Source: Eledone cirrhosa (lineage: Eukaryota). Taken from it: DNA of 64,000 nt. The DNA lies in NCBI GenBank assembly GCA_964016885.1, contig OZ024740.1, positions 288,486,001-288,550,000 on the forward strand. Reading direction: 5' to 3'. The notes under the pieces were generated by a model. That model saw only the letters and a program-made list of their open reading frames with translations. It had not been told where the DNA came from and ran no database searches. Shown here piece after piece: positions 38,155-51,404 of this stretch (positions within the stretch are counted from its first letter, which is position 1; each line of letters opens with the position of its first letter). Both the position numbers and the translations under genes were made by a program.

Positions 38155-40217
38155 GCGCAACTAATCAGAGAGCGAATTGATCTAGATGAAATGCAGTTTG
38201 GGTTTGTGTCGGGTAAAAATACCACAGACGCTCTTTTCCTTGTACGACAACTACAAGAGAAGTACCTAGCTAAAAGTAAACCCCTCTACTTAGATTTTGT
38301 AAACCTGGAGAAAGCCTGTGACAGAGTCCCCTGCTCCATTATCTGGTGGGCTCTTAGAAAACTAGGTGTAGATGAATGGCTTGTGAGAGCTATACAAGCA
38401 ATGTATAATGAAACAGTCAGTAAGGTTAGAATTAACAATGAATATTGTGAAGAATTTAGTGTAAAAGTTGGCGTTCATCAAGACTCAGTCCTTAGCCCCC
38501 TCCTATTTATTATTGCCCTTCAGGCTATAACAGAGGAGTTCAAGACCGGCTGCCCATGGGAACTCCTATACGCAGATGATCTAACGCTCATAGCTGAATC
38601 AATGGCTGAACTAGAGAAGAAATTCCAAACATGGAAACATGGCCTAGAATCAAAAGGCCTTAAAGTTAACTTGTCTAAGACTAAAGTTCTAGTTTGTAGA
38701 AAGGAAAATAGGGCACAGGTGCCCTCAGGGAAATGGCTATGCTCAGTGTGTAGGAAAGGAGTAGGCAGAAATTCCATTTTATGTCCCAAATGCAAAGTAT
38801 GGGTACATAAAAGATGTAGTGGGATCACAGGTAAACTATCTAAGAACGTAGACTTTATATGTGGCCAATGCTCAGGTGTAATAAGTAGCAAGTGTCCACA
38901 GGATACTAGCTCCTTCTATTGCCTAGATGGTTCTATAGAAATAGTAGACACTTTCCGTTACCTGGGTGACAAAATCAGCAAGTGGTGGAGGGTGTTCTGA
39001 AAGTACGGTAGCTAGAGTCAGAACGGGATAGAAAAAGTTCAGAGAGCTTATACCGCTGTTGGCCACAAATGGTTTCTCTCTAAAAATGAAAGGCAGATTG
39101 TATGATGCCTGTATACGAACAGCAATGCTACATGGCAGTGAGACATGAGCATTTCATGCAGAGGACTTGCGTAGACTGGAAAGGAACGAAGCAGGCATGC
39201 TCCTTTAGATGTGTAATAGTAATATACGTGAACGGCAAAGCATAAATGAACTAAGTGAGAAATTAGGAATAAGAGGGATCAGATGCTGTTTACTTGAGAG
39301 AAGACTACGTTGGTATGGTCACGTGATGCGCATGAAAGATGACAGCTGCATAAGTGCAGGGCGATCAAAATTGATGGTAGTTACAGAGTAGGTAGACCCA
39401 GAAAAACCTGGGACGATCTGATAAATTCCAACCTTACACACTTGCACCTCTCTAAGACAATGTCACTGGACCAAGATCTTTGGCGCTACGCAGTAATACA
39501 GAAGACCCGCCTTGCCTATCATTTCATTTCATCATTTCATTTTATGTCCGCTTTTCCCTGCTTGCAAGGGTGGGACGGGAACTGATTCTGGCTTGATTTC
39601 TACAGCTGGATGCCCTTCCTAACACCAACCTCATTTACAGTGAGTGCTGGGTGCTTTTTTGCCGTGGCACCTACACGACCACTTTGCAGTGGAATGATAA
39701 GGACCTCAGTCCCTATCATCTCATTTCTACAGCTGAGTAAACTGGAGCAATTTGAAATAAAGTGTCTTGCTCAAGGAAACAACACACCACCCGGTCTGAG
39801 AATATGTACAAAGCAAAACCTACAGTTAGTAGGCACCTCTTAACCAAATATACACCCCAATCCACTACCCCTACCCTATCCTCCCACTCCCACCAACACC
39901 ACCCTCTCTCTGTAAAGTTGGTACCACAACATCCAGTCCAAATAAATGAGATATCGAGATCGTGTAGCTATCGCAACAAAAAAATTACTCACAGTCCACG
40001 CTGTAATGTGGCCGTGTAGGTAACACGGTAAAAAGTTCCCAGTTCCACACTGTAAATGTGGTTGGTGTTAGGAAGGGCATCCAGCCGTAGAAAGCCTGCC
40101 AGATAGTCCTATACGAGCGAGACACGGTCACCCGACCAACCTTGCCTCAAGTGGCATAACTCCCATCTAACCCATGCTAGCGTGGAAGATGGACATTAAA
40201 CGATGATGATGATGATG
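38155..40217 (+). mobile_element. 5'-truncated RTE LINE (RT with PHD-type finger, C-terminus, 3'UTR), disrupted
   Basis: QFGFVSGK, GVHQDSVLSPLLF, LLYADD (YADD at 38569-38580), FRYLG; frameshift near 38980 and stops downstream; (GAT)n tail; SINE inserted at 39519-39800. Confidence 0.95.
39519..39800 (-). mobile_element. CORE-type SINE nested in the RTE
   Basis: Reverse complement closely matches 35290-35500; it interrupts RTE sequence that is contiguous in the 8429-9574 copy. Confidence 0.9.
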
Positions 40218-40269
40218 TGAATGTATGCATATATGTGGCAGGATGTGCTATATCTTCTACAACTGAATG

Positions 40270-40740
40270 TTCTATACATGCATGGGTTGAACTGGTCCTC
40301 AGTACAGCATCTTTCTACTTGTTACATTCCATTATATATTTTGTTATTGGCACTCTTACTATCAATTGGCCCTGAACATCTACTACATACAAAGTCTTCC
40401 TTTCCTGTTAATCTGCCTGTTATCCCATTACACCTCTTGTGTACCCAAGATTTGCATTGTCTATACAGTATCGAGTTTATGCCTACTCCTTTTATACATA
40501 TCAAACAAAGCCACTTCCTACTTATTAACATTTTGCTAAATTTACTCTAAGCCCTTTTGATTCTAAGTTTTGTTTCCACAGCCAGAATTTATTCTCTAGT
40601 TCTTCCACAGATTCAGCTATGAAGATCAGATCATTGACATGTAGAAGTTCTCTTGGGCAACCAGTTGTAAACTCTTGTTATGGCCTGGAACACTAGGATA
40701 AACAGAAGTGGGCTAAAAACTGAACCCTGGTGCACTGCTA
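40270..40740 (-). mobile_element. Older RTE fragment (RT plus zinc finger)
   Basis: Minus-strand VHQGSVFSPLLFI and KWLCLICIKGVGINSILYRQCKSWVHKRC...FVCSRC. Confidence 0.85.
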
Positions 40741-43314
40741 ATCCAGCCAAGGCAATTCTGTCTTTTTAGACATATCTAGGAATACATATTATCCAATGTG
40801 TCCTCTTTTTCAAAAAGTAGTGTGGACTTTGGGGGATTTTGCTGGTATTTCTAGCAAGTTGAATGACCATATGAATAAAGTGTAGTATTAGTGTTAAGGT
40901 CATGTACTGAACTGTTGATTGACTAATAGTACTGTTGGCAATGGTGATGATACAATAGACCTCTACAGCTATGTGAGGTGTTGACATCATCTTTATCATT
41001 GTTGCAATCTGGACATGGGTGCCACCACCCGCCTCACTTTCATAGCATTTGCTGCTGGAATCCTAGCCTCCATCCTCTGCTCCTATAATCTTCCTAGAGA
41101 GTGTATATCAACTGAGGAATGCTGTCCATATTCGTCGTCTTGATGTCTGTATTGAATATATGTTATATGTGTCTGTGTATATGATGATTGTCTCTTCATG
41201 GTTGAGTGGTTGGAGCAGTAAAATGTCAAACTAAATGCATTGCAGTATTTTGTTAGAATTCTTACATCCCAGTTTCAAATCATGGTGACGATAACCTTGG
41301 CTTTCATCTTTCTGGGATCAAAATAAGTCACAGAAAAATGACTGGGCCTGTGATAATAAAATCTAGCTATACGCCACCTTATATAATTGTATGGCCTTGT
41401 GCCAAAGCTAGAAAACATTGCTGTATTTTTTTACACCTTGGCCCGATTCAAGCAAGCATCATCATTTGTATTATTAATAATAGTCACAAGACATCAAGTC
41501 TCACCCCTCCCCTTCTTTTCTCCATCCTGTAATTGCTGTCTATGACTGTCGCATCTTTGGCAATGTAGACTGCAGTTGTGATCGATAATGGACCAAAACA
41601 GTTGCACAGTACTATAGAGAACTGATGCACAACAAAATTCTGGTCAATGTGAACCAGTCACTGCAGTTTTTTTATTTATTTATTTATTTTGATGTTGCTG
41701 ATTTGATGGTTTTTATGTCAACTTCATCAAGTGTATTTTGGTGTTTGGTTTGGCCAGTTATTGAGAAAGCAAGAAGTTTCAATCTAGTTAATAGACAAAG
41801 AGATACCTCTGGGATAGGTGTATGACTAGGAAAATCAAAGAGGTAAAAATAAACAAAAAACAACTTGTTATTATTGTTTAGTTCTTGATCAACTCTTATC
41901 GAGTAGATGTGGGATGAAAGGCACCATCTTTAAACATGCTGCACCACAATATAAAGTGGGTCCATTCTCTATCTAAGATGATACAGTCTGATTTAAAGAA
42001 GATTTTGCTGTTATTTCTATCAGTACCAGTGACCACATTGATTTAAAGAATTGACTATGTGTGTAAACATCAGCTTGCATGTTGCATGTTTGTTTTTACA
42101 ATTTGTCCTGTTGTAGTTGAACCCCAAGTCATTTTTGATCTAGCAATCTTATGATCAAAGAAATATGTTTCATCTAAAACACAATCGAAGTATATGGTTA
42201 AAGGGAAATTCAGCTGCTATTTATAACAATCACATTAAAGCTTGTGGTAGCATATTTGATGTTGGTGTTGTTATTTTTGGCGTTATACAGAAGACCTATG
42301 ATCAAATAGTCCCAGTTATGACCTTTTCAATTTAGTTTGTACAGTACTGCATTTCCTGTTTTTTTTTAATGCTATCAGGTATATGAAGCCTTTTACCCAT
42401 GGTCATTTACCTCACCTTATATTCGTCTCTATCTCACTGACTGATACACACTTGTGTGTGAGTTTAGGTAAAGAGCATTGATCTATGTAAATATCAATAA
42501 TCTTTCCCCTGCCCCAAACACGTTTTGAAAGCCATTTTTTTTTTGTATTACTGATTTTCACCATACTATTACTGATACTGCAGCTGTTGCTACTACTATT
42601 ATTATTACTACTACTACGGCTATTACTATTAATACTTCAATTATTGCTACTACTACATATACTACTATGCATGCTACTACTACATATACTAGTATGCATG
42701 CTACTACTACTACTACTACTACAGTTACTGCTGATACCTTTATTGTTAATACTGCTGCTTCTTATAACTGCAGCTGTCACCACCACCATCTACCACCACC
42801 ACTACTACTACGTAGACCCTACCACCACTGCTAATGTTGTTATATAAATTACTTATAGCCCAGCGGCTATCAAACAATTAAAAAGCCCATCCACAGAGTG
42901 GGAGTAACTTCCACCCTCACCACTACTTTCACCACCATATTTTTTCATTTATAATCAAATGTAATTTGAAAAATAAACTAAACATTTTTTTACAATTTAT
43001 ATAGTAGAAATGATATTGCAATATTGTCAATTACATATTGACAATATATCTAAGAAAAACAAAACATACTATTAAAGGGAACAGAAAGAGAAGAAAAAAA
43101 AGAAAATGAAAAGGAGGAAAAGAAAGATCAAGCACCGAAAGAAAGGGAGAGGCAGATTGACAGTCACTACGCCCCAGTCTGAGTGGTGCCTCAGCTCAGC
43201 TGCACCCCATGAACAAAATGGCCAAAGCATTACCACGGGGACCTAATGATAGGAAGAGGAGTTGGTATAGTAAGGGGAGGGGTCATTGTGTTGCAACATG
43301 CTGTCCCCCTTTAA

Positions 43315-43695
43315 TTCTTTCATTACCAACCTGGCCAGCCAAAATCAGTTCTGGTTCTGTGAAACAAAACCACCCATATTAATGGGTTCATATTGAAATT
43401 AACATCTTCCAACATAATTTTACATAAGAACCATATGTTAAGATACTTAGTAATGAAATAATTTATAACTTTAGTAAATCCTCATGGTTGGTGTTAGGAA
43501 TGGCATCCAGCCATAGAAACCAAGCCAACATATAGATCCATATGAACAAAACATGGTCTCTGGACCTGACTTGTCTCATACCCTGACAACCTGTCTAACC
43601 CGTGCAAGCATGGAAAATGGACATTGAAACGATAATGATGTTGAATTTTAATTGAACTAAAAGTGTATTTCATTTGAAATACTGTCATAAAAGGG
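43315..43695. mobile_element. piggyBac-type MITE, family 2, carrying a nested RTE-tail insertion (about 43485-43640)
   Basis: TTAA at 43311-43314 and AAAAGGG|TTAA at 43696-43699; internal TGGTTGGTGTTAGGAATGGCATCCAGC...AAACGATAATGATG. Confidence 0.65.
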
Positions 43696-44083
43696 TTAAG
43701 TCAATCGAGAATATTTGTTTGACCATCGGGAAGCCCAAATATTTTGTGATCTTGGCACACGTTGATGGCAGTTGGGTGATAATTGGTTCTGACTTGGAGA
43801 CTATAATGGTGAGGCTGTTGTTATTGTTTAACCCCAGGTCAGTACTGATCAAGCTGACCCATAATCAAAAAGTATTCCAGTCACAACTATTATCTTTTTT
43901 TTCTTTCTAATAGTAGATTTCACATCACATTTTACAATATTCTTTTTAGATAGTAGGGTGTGATTTGAGTAAAATTTGACTGATATATTTTGCATCTTGA
44001 ATGTCCACATAATCTTACTCATCAGTTAGTTTATTAGTGGCAACATTTAGGGGATGAGGTTATAGAATTATATATATATATAT

Positions 44084-45885
44084 ATCATCATCATCGTTTT
44101 ACGTCGGTTCTTCCATGCTAGCATGGGTTAGACGGGTTGCCCTGTTGTGGGCAGTGTCTGGTCGGCTGACCATGCCTTGCTCATATGGGAACTAATTCTG
44201 GCTTCATTTCTACAGCTCGATGCCTTTCCTAACACCAAACTCATTTACAGTGAGTGCTGGGTGCTTTTTTTCCATGGTGCCTACACGTCCACTTTACAGT
44301 GTGGGCTGGGTGCTTTTTTTGCCGTGGCACCTCCACGACCACTATTGTCTATATGCTTCTGCTTCGGCTTGTACCCGCGGGGTGTCGAGTCTTCTGTATT
44401 ACTGCGTGACACCAGAGGTCACGGTCGTGTGTCATCGCCTTTGAGAGGTGTAATTGGGTAAGGTCGGCTTTTTATCACCTCATCCCAGGTCTTCTTGAGT
44501 CTCCCCACTCCGCGGTTTCCATCGACTTCTAGTGCTCTGCACCTTGTTATGCAGCTGTCATCCTTCATACGCATCACATGTCCATACCAACACAACCACC
44601 TCTCCTGCACACAGCATTTGATTCCTCTTATGCTCAGTCTCTCTCTCAATTCATTTATGCTTTGCCGTTCGCGTATATTACTATTACACATCCATCGGAG
44701 CATGCAGGCTTAGTTTTTTTTTAATCTACGCAAGTCTTCCACAGACAGCGCCCAGGTCTCACTACCATGTAACATTGCTGTTCGTATACATGCATCATAC
44801 AGTCTGCCTTTCATTTTGAGGCAAAAGCCTTTTGCAGCTAGCAGTGGCAGTAGCTCCCTGAGTTTCTTCCATCCTATTCTTACCCTAGTTATTGTACTTT
44901 CCGAACACCCACCTCCACTGCTACTTCGGTCACCTAGGTAGCAGAAGCTGTCTACTGTTTCTACAGAGCCCTCCCAGAGTTTGGTGGTACTTGTTTCCTG
45001 TGGCTGTTTGCTGCCCCAGCACAGCTGCTACATATGAAGCCTACATTCTTAATTAAGCTTCCTGAGATCCCGCTACATCTCTTGTGTACCCATTGTTTTC
45101 ATTTGGGGCAGAGAATGGAGTTCCTACCTATACCTTTCCTTCATACTGAGCAAGGCCATTTCCCTGAGGGGATCTGGGTTCTGTTTTCTCGTCTACTTAC
45201 AAGGACCTTAGTCTTTGTCAGGTTGACTTTGAGACCCTTTCTTTCTAGTCCCTGCTTCCAAGTTTGGAATTTCTTCTCTAGTTCTACCATAGATTCATCT
45301 ATAAGTGCGAGGTCATCAGCATACAGGAGTCCCCATGCGCATCCGGTCTTAAACTCCTCTGTTATTGCCTGCAGAACTATGATGAACAGGAGAGGGCTAA
45401 GAACAGAGCCCTGGTGGACACCGACCTGTATGCTAAATTCATCGCTATAGTCATTGCTAATCCTAACTTTGCTGACTGCTCCCCTATACATGGCTTGTAC
45501 AGCTTTCACAAGCCATTCATCTACTCCTAGTTTTCTAAGAGCCCGCCAGATTATAGTACGGTGAACTCTGTCAAAGGATTTCTCGAGATTGACGAATGCC
45601 AGGTAGAGTGGCTTACTTTTAGCTAGGTACATTTCCTGTAACTACCTCACAAGGAAGAGGGCATCAGTGGTCCCTTTTCCTGGCACAAACCCAAATTGCA
45701 TCTCCTCTAGTTTCACCCGATCCCTAATCAACTGTGATATAACTCTTTCTGTTACTTTCATGACCTGGTCCATCAGCTTTATACCTCTATAGTTTCCTCT
45801 ATCGAGTGCATCACCTTCACCTTTGTAGCAGTTGATAATGATGCTACTGCACCAATCTTTTGGTATGACACCTAGTATTACCTGG
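44084..45885 (-). mobile_element. 5'-truncated RTE LINE, related subfamily, disrupted
   Basis: IPKDWCSSIIINCYKGEGDALDRGNYRGIKL, QFGFVPGKGTTDA, GVHQGSVLSP, LLYADD, GKWPCSV; (GAT)n tail at 44084-44097. Confidence 0.95.
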
Positions 45886-46096
45886 TTATATATATATATT
45901 GGAAAATTTCCTGGGCATGCTTTCTGCATGAAATATAAAGTGCAGGCCATCTTAAACGTAATAAAATAAAATAATTTTTAATCACAAAATTAATTTTAAT
46001 TGACCAAAAATTAAATGGAGATATGTAGGAAGAGGATAGTAAGTTTAATCTTTGGCAGTTATGATGATAACTCCTGTCATGCTTCAGTTTTGTGAA

Positions 46097-46316
46097 CCCT
46101 TTAGCATTCACATTACTCTATATATACTATTGTATTTTTATGGTAAAGGCTTTATCTCACATAATTATCTCACATAATATCGAATCTATGAGATTTTGAA
46201 AGTATTTATTTTGAGAACAAAACCTTAACATCAGTTTGAGCAACCAGTTATAGCCAGTTTCAACAGAAAAAGGTAGAGAATTCTGGCCGGTTTTGGCCGG
46301 TTTGAACATTAAACGG
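46097..46316. mobile_element. piggyBac-type MITE, family 1 (opposite orientation)
   Basis: CCCTTTAGCATT ... AAACGG|TTAA; reverse complement aligns with 32525-32741. Confidence 0.8.
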
Positions 46317-46421
46317 TTAAACCTTCTCAGCAAAGTATATTCTGGTTATAGTTGTCAAAGACTTTGGAACAACTACTAGATGTAGTAATTTGTATGAAAA
46401 CAATTCACTGGTCAAGCAGTG

Positions 46422-46590
46422 AAGACACTTAGCCTAGTGGTTAGGGTGTTGAACTCATCATAAGGTGGTGGGTTTTCATTATAGGAATGGGGCCCCTATC
46501 ATAAAAAACTTGAGAAACCTCTTTTGGGGTGCAACCTCATGGAGGCCAGCTAAACCTGTATAGGTGTGAGCTGTAAATTTTTTTTTTTTT
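46422..46590 (+). mobile_element. tRNA-derived SINE with GGAGGCCAGCTAAAC tail
   Basis: Head TAGCCTAGTGGTTAGGGTGTTG; tail matches the inverted copy at 47375-47430. Confidence 0.6.
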
Positions 46591-47374
46591 TTCATTATAT
46601 TTTACTAATCAAGTAGGCCTCTGGCTTGAGGATACCTTCTTTTCCTGGTTAAACAGTAAAAAGACAAAAAAAAAATTATGATAATGACAGTGGAAAATTT
46701 CCCATGGTTGCCTTCTCTGGGATGAGTAAAGTGTGGTTTAATAAGATAAAAATGTCCAGAATTGTCATCAAAATTGTATATCTACATTGGTATTACAGTT
46801 TATCTAAATAATTTCCTTAGTAATGTTTCTGAAATCTTTTTTATTGAAGACTTTGATGAAAGAGGTAGAAATTTGGCTGATATAACACAGCAGTGTTTAT
46901 CAGAGGCCACACTTTTCAAAAATTGGATGCAAGATTAAGTTATCGTTGTACTCTGAAAATTGGTTGTCATTAGAAAGAGCATCCAGCTGCAGAAGACCTG
47001 TCAAGGACATGACAACCTCCTCGGTGTGGGAGCCATGATAAAAGGCACCTAGTGCATTCTGTAAAGTGCTAGAATATATATGAGATGCTCTTTGAGAGGT
47101 CAGTAGCTCTTATTAATTATTGACTTGGTCTGTGACACCCTGTCCAACCCTTGCCACTGTGGAACAGTGGATGTTAAATGCTGATGATAATACACATACA
47201 CAATTATGCATAATTCAAGTGGAACAATGGCATGAATTTGGATAATTAAGTCAAAACCGATGTAAAAATATCTTTAAACTAAATTATAGGTTGTTTAGCC
47301 CCAGGCCAGTTTTCACTGAGCAAACCTGCCATCAAAGCCATTCTAACTATGTATTAGAAATGAGAAAAAAATCA

Positions 47375-47815
47375 AAAATTTAATTTATATCTCATATCTA
47401 CTCAAGTTTAGCTGGCCTCCTACGATGTTCCCTCTTATAGGGGGTTACTTTTGGGTCCCAAATAACGGGGGGGGGGGATAAGTGAGGGGGGACATTTGCT
47501 TAAATTCTTATGGGGGGGGGGGGGGGTAAATGGGGTGGTTGGAAAATCGGTAATTGTATACTGTACATTCGTAAATATGGGATTTCTTGTAATTTTTTTA
47601 TCATATATAATGTTTTTTAAAATAAAATTATCATTAGATTCTCCAGATGCTGTATCGATATGAGAGTATTTAGTTATTTTAATATTAGGTGCCCCAGTCA
47701 TATGATGAAAAACAATATAAAATGAAGGATCTTACTGAAGAATATAACCCACCACCTGGTCCAAGAACTGAACTCACAATGTTATGATCATGAGTCCAAC
47801 ACCATAACCACTAAC
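47375..47815 (-). mobile_element. SINE of the same family, interrupted by a G-rich insertion (about 47437-47670)
   Basis: tRNA-like head at 47700-47815 and tail GTTTAGCTGGCCTCC at 47408-47422. Confidence 0.55.
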
Positions 47816-48889
47816 TGCATTGTTTAATATATGTCTTTCTTTATATAAATTTGTAGAGTGTGATTTGGGGAAGATTTGGCTACTAATTCTAGCAAGTCAA
47901 GTGAATGGTGTAGTGGCCTATTTGTTAACTCAGTATTGATTGGTTATTTAGGTTGATGATATTAGGGTTACAGAGTGTGTAACCCTTTCAACTGAGATTT
48001 CTTTTAAGGTTGAGTTGCTCTGATTTATTAGATTAATCAACTGAAAATACAGTTTCAATTTCTGACAAATCCACTTCAATCAGGTTTTCCTTTTTTTCTT
48101 TTTCATTAATCCCTTTACTTCCCTAAATTGGATTAGATCACTTGTAATTGTGGGATGTGAGGTGACTGGTTGTGGTGTTGATGAGTATGGTGGTTATAGT
48201 TGTGGTGCTTGTGTTTTGTGGTTTTGGTGCTAGTATTTTGTAATGGTCATGAGTTATAGGAATGGTGGTCGTTGTGGTAAACATAGTAGCACAGAAATGA
48301 TTGTTATTGTTCTTGTTTATCCTCAGATCTATAATCAAAGGTAATCTAACCATGGCCATTCTACCTTTCTCTTATGTGCAGGGAACCAAGAAGCATATTC
48401 TCCAACATATTTTTGATGAAAATTTGGCTGCTATTTCTAGCAGGTCAAGGCTCCCTTGCTGGCTCATGTGATTGTGATAATGTCTGATGATGGTTTGTGT
48501 TAGTAATAATGTCAATGTTGTTGATGGTGATATGGTATTGTAGAGGTGAAGATGGTGTGGAAGTTGTTTAGCCACAGGCCAGCCAGACATTTTATGAAAA
48601 TCTTTCCATCCATGACTTTTTTTTTCATTCAGACATCATGTACCTAATACTCTGTTATCTAATGTAGTGTAAGCAGTTTGTTTTTAAGATGGTATGGTAG
48701 TATTTATGGCTGCTATTTCCAGCAAATCAAGTGACCATGCTGAAGCTCCCTCATGGGCTTATGGGGAAGTTGGCATTAGTAGTGTTATACGCTAATGGTG
48801 TTGCCATGATGATGCGTGATGGCAGTATTACTGGTGGTGAAAGCTGTCTGGACACACAACTATGATTTACTTGCATACATACTCACACA

Positions 48890-49660
48890 ATAGTATGACC
48901 TCATACATCTGCATTGCTTATGAACCACTATACTGCTATACACACAATGGTATGAATTATTATGGTCCCGTCCCATACACACAATGGTATAAACCACTAT
49001 GTCTCCACACGCAGTAGCCACTGTACCCTCATACAATGGTATGAACCATTACCCTCATATACAAGGGTATGAATCACTATATACACAATAGTATAAACCA
49101 CTGTCCTCATACACAATGGTATGAGCTACCACGCTCCATACACACAATGGTATAAACCACTCTCTCAATACAGTGGTATGAGTTACTATGGCCCCTTCCA
49201 CTCAGTGATATGAACTAGTATGCCTTCATACGATGGTATAAACCACTGTCCTATATGCACTCAGTGGTATGACCCAGTATGTCTCCATACACGGTGGTAT
49301 GGACCACTATACCTCCATACGATGGTATAAACCACTGTCCTATATGCACTCAGTGGTATGACCCAGTATGTCTCCATACACAGTGGTATGGACCACTATA
49401 CCTCCATATGATGGTATAAACCACTGTCCTATATGCACTCAGTGGTATGACCCAGTATGTCTCCATACACGGTGGTATGGACCACTATACCTCCATATGA
49501 TGGTATAAACCACTGTCCTATATGCACTCAGTGGTATGACCCAGTATGTCTCCATACACGGTGGTATGAACCACTATACCTCCATACGATGGTATAAACC
49601 ACTGTCCTATATGCACTTAGTGGTATGACCCAGTATGCCACCATACACAGAGGTATGTGC
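48890..49660. repeat. Minisatellite with an 89-bp higher-order unit
   Basis: Units start at 49234, 49323, 49412, 49501 and 49590, each built from three TGGTAT..ACC monomers; diverged monomers lie upstream. Confidence 0.95.
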
Positions 49661-51404
49661 CACACCCAAACTATTCAGCCAGTGGTAGCAGCTGTGATGT
49701 AGTATAGCTATATAGTTCTGCCATTCCACTGACATCTGTTGTTGACTCACAATCTATAGACTCGCTGCTTTTCTTGTTGTTCTTTCTCTTCTGCAGCTCT
49801 CGGTGGTTTTTTGGTGTTGCTTTTCTTCTACTCATCTTTGTTGTTGTTGATGTCACTGTGTTTACTTGTACTTGCTCTAGTTATTGTTGTTCTCTGTTCT
49901 ATCTAGTTGCCTGTTGTGTTCATCTGCCTTTCTTGATATTCCTATTGTTGTTGATGCTGTTGTGTTTGCTTGCCTTTGTTGTACTTATTGTTACCTCCAT
50001 TCTCTGGCTTATCTTACTATGTGTACTGGGTAGCTACTCTTTGTTAATCTTACCCACACACATACACACTTGTGCACACATACAAACCATGAATATACTC
50101 ACTCACATATACACTCACACAGACATCTTCTCAGGTGCACACACTCACACACACATAATCTCAAGCACACATAATCTGGCACACATACTCTCTGGCATGT
50201 ATGTTCACACACAGATGTGTGTCAAGCACATATGTTCACACACTCACACTCTCTCACACATACACATGCATATTCTCTCAGGTGCACACACTCACATTTT
50301 TTCAGGCATGAACATTCAACACTGATATTACTCCGGCTCACACACACACATTCCTAAACATGCATTCTCAGAGACACACTCACTTTCAGGTATGCATGTT
50401 CATACACATGCTCACAGGCTTGCATGCTGACACATTCTCTCATGTATACATTCATACACACACGTGTATAGAAGCAGATATTCCTGCACTTCATTAATTT
50501 GTTATTGGCAGGCTTAGGGTTGTGATGGGGACACAGCCTTTCTCTTCTTAACATTAAGTTTCAACCCCAATCCTTACCAATCCACCTCTACTTTATTATT
50601 CAATTATTATTAGTTCAATCCATGGTGGATATATCAAATAGAGTACTAATCAAATACCGGGGTAAAATTAATTGACTAACCCCTCTTCCCAAATTTGTGA
50701 CCTTGTGTCTCTGTTAGAAATTATTATTAGCAGTAGTAGTGGCGGCGGCGGTTAGGGTGGTGGATTGGTAGTATTAGTAGAGCATGGGCAAAATACTTTG
50801 TAGTAGGCCTTTCTGAGTCCAAATTCTACTGAGGTGGTGGTGGTGGTGCTTGTGGTGGTTGAGGTAGTACTGGTGGTGGTTGTGGTGGTAGTAGTGGTGA
50901 TAGTGGTGGTGGTGGTGATGTTAGTGGTGGTAGTGGTGGTGATGGCATTATCTTATGCACATGGTTGCCAGAAGGGGCTGAATCACTAGAGTACTAAAGT
51001 GCTTTGCAGTATTTCTTTATAATCCTTTATGTCCTTACTTAAATCCTGTTGATTGACTTGACTTGCTATTTCTTTGGGATCGATAAAAAAAAAAATGTAC
51101 TGGTTACATTACGCTGTATTCTGTGTCTGTTTGATTGACTATACCCTCCCCTATAAATTTGTATCCATGTGACAATGTTAAACATTATTATTGGACCTTT
51201 CAGTAATTTGTTTCTCTCTGTGTCTTGAGGTGAAACTGTTTTCCATTTGTTGGTGTCCCCTTTCATCACTGTAAACCCAATGTGTTGTTGTTCATCCTTA
51301 AATCATCTCCCAATTTCTTGGGCCCTTGTGCCCAATAAAATAGATCATTGTTGCAAGCAGGGAAAAGCGGACATAAAATGATGATGATGAGGATGATTGC
51401 CTTA

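Noticed and set aside
38116-39000. Functional reverse transcriptase gene
   Set aside because: 5'-truncated, no endonuclease domain, and frameshifted with stops downstream; a dead copy.
41015-41143. 42-aa ORF MGATTRLTFIAFAAGILASILCSYNLPRECISTEECCPYSSS, like a secreted knottin
   Set aside because: Only four Cys before the stop, and the opposite strand ends in a GAT-type tail like a decayed RTE 3' end. A transcriptome hit would reopen the question.
42350-42390. Second AG|GT recursive site (poly-T...TCAG|GTATAT)
   Set aside because: Weak donor, and it lies in a decayed family C repeat.
48890-49660. Palindromic repeats with linkers resembling CRISPR
   Set aside because: The linkers are themselves repeated and related, so this is a minisatellite.
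49671-50325. Hydrophobic 183-aa ORF and antisense K/Q-rich ORF
   Set aside because: Low-complexity sequence with non-ATG starts and no recognisable domain; possibly decayed LINE ORF1.
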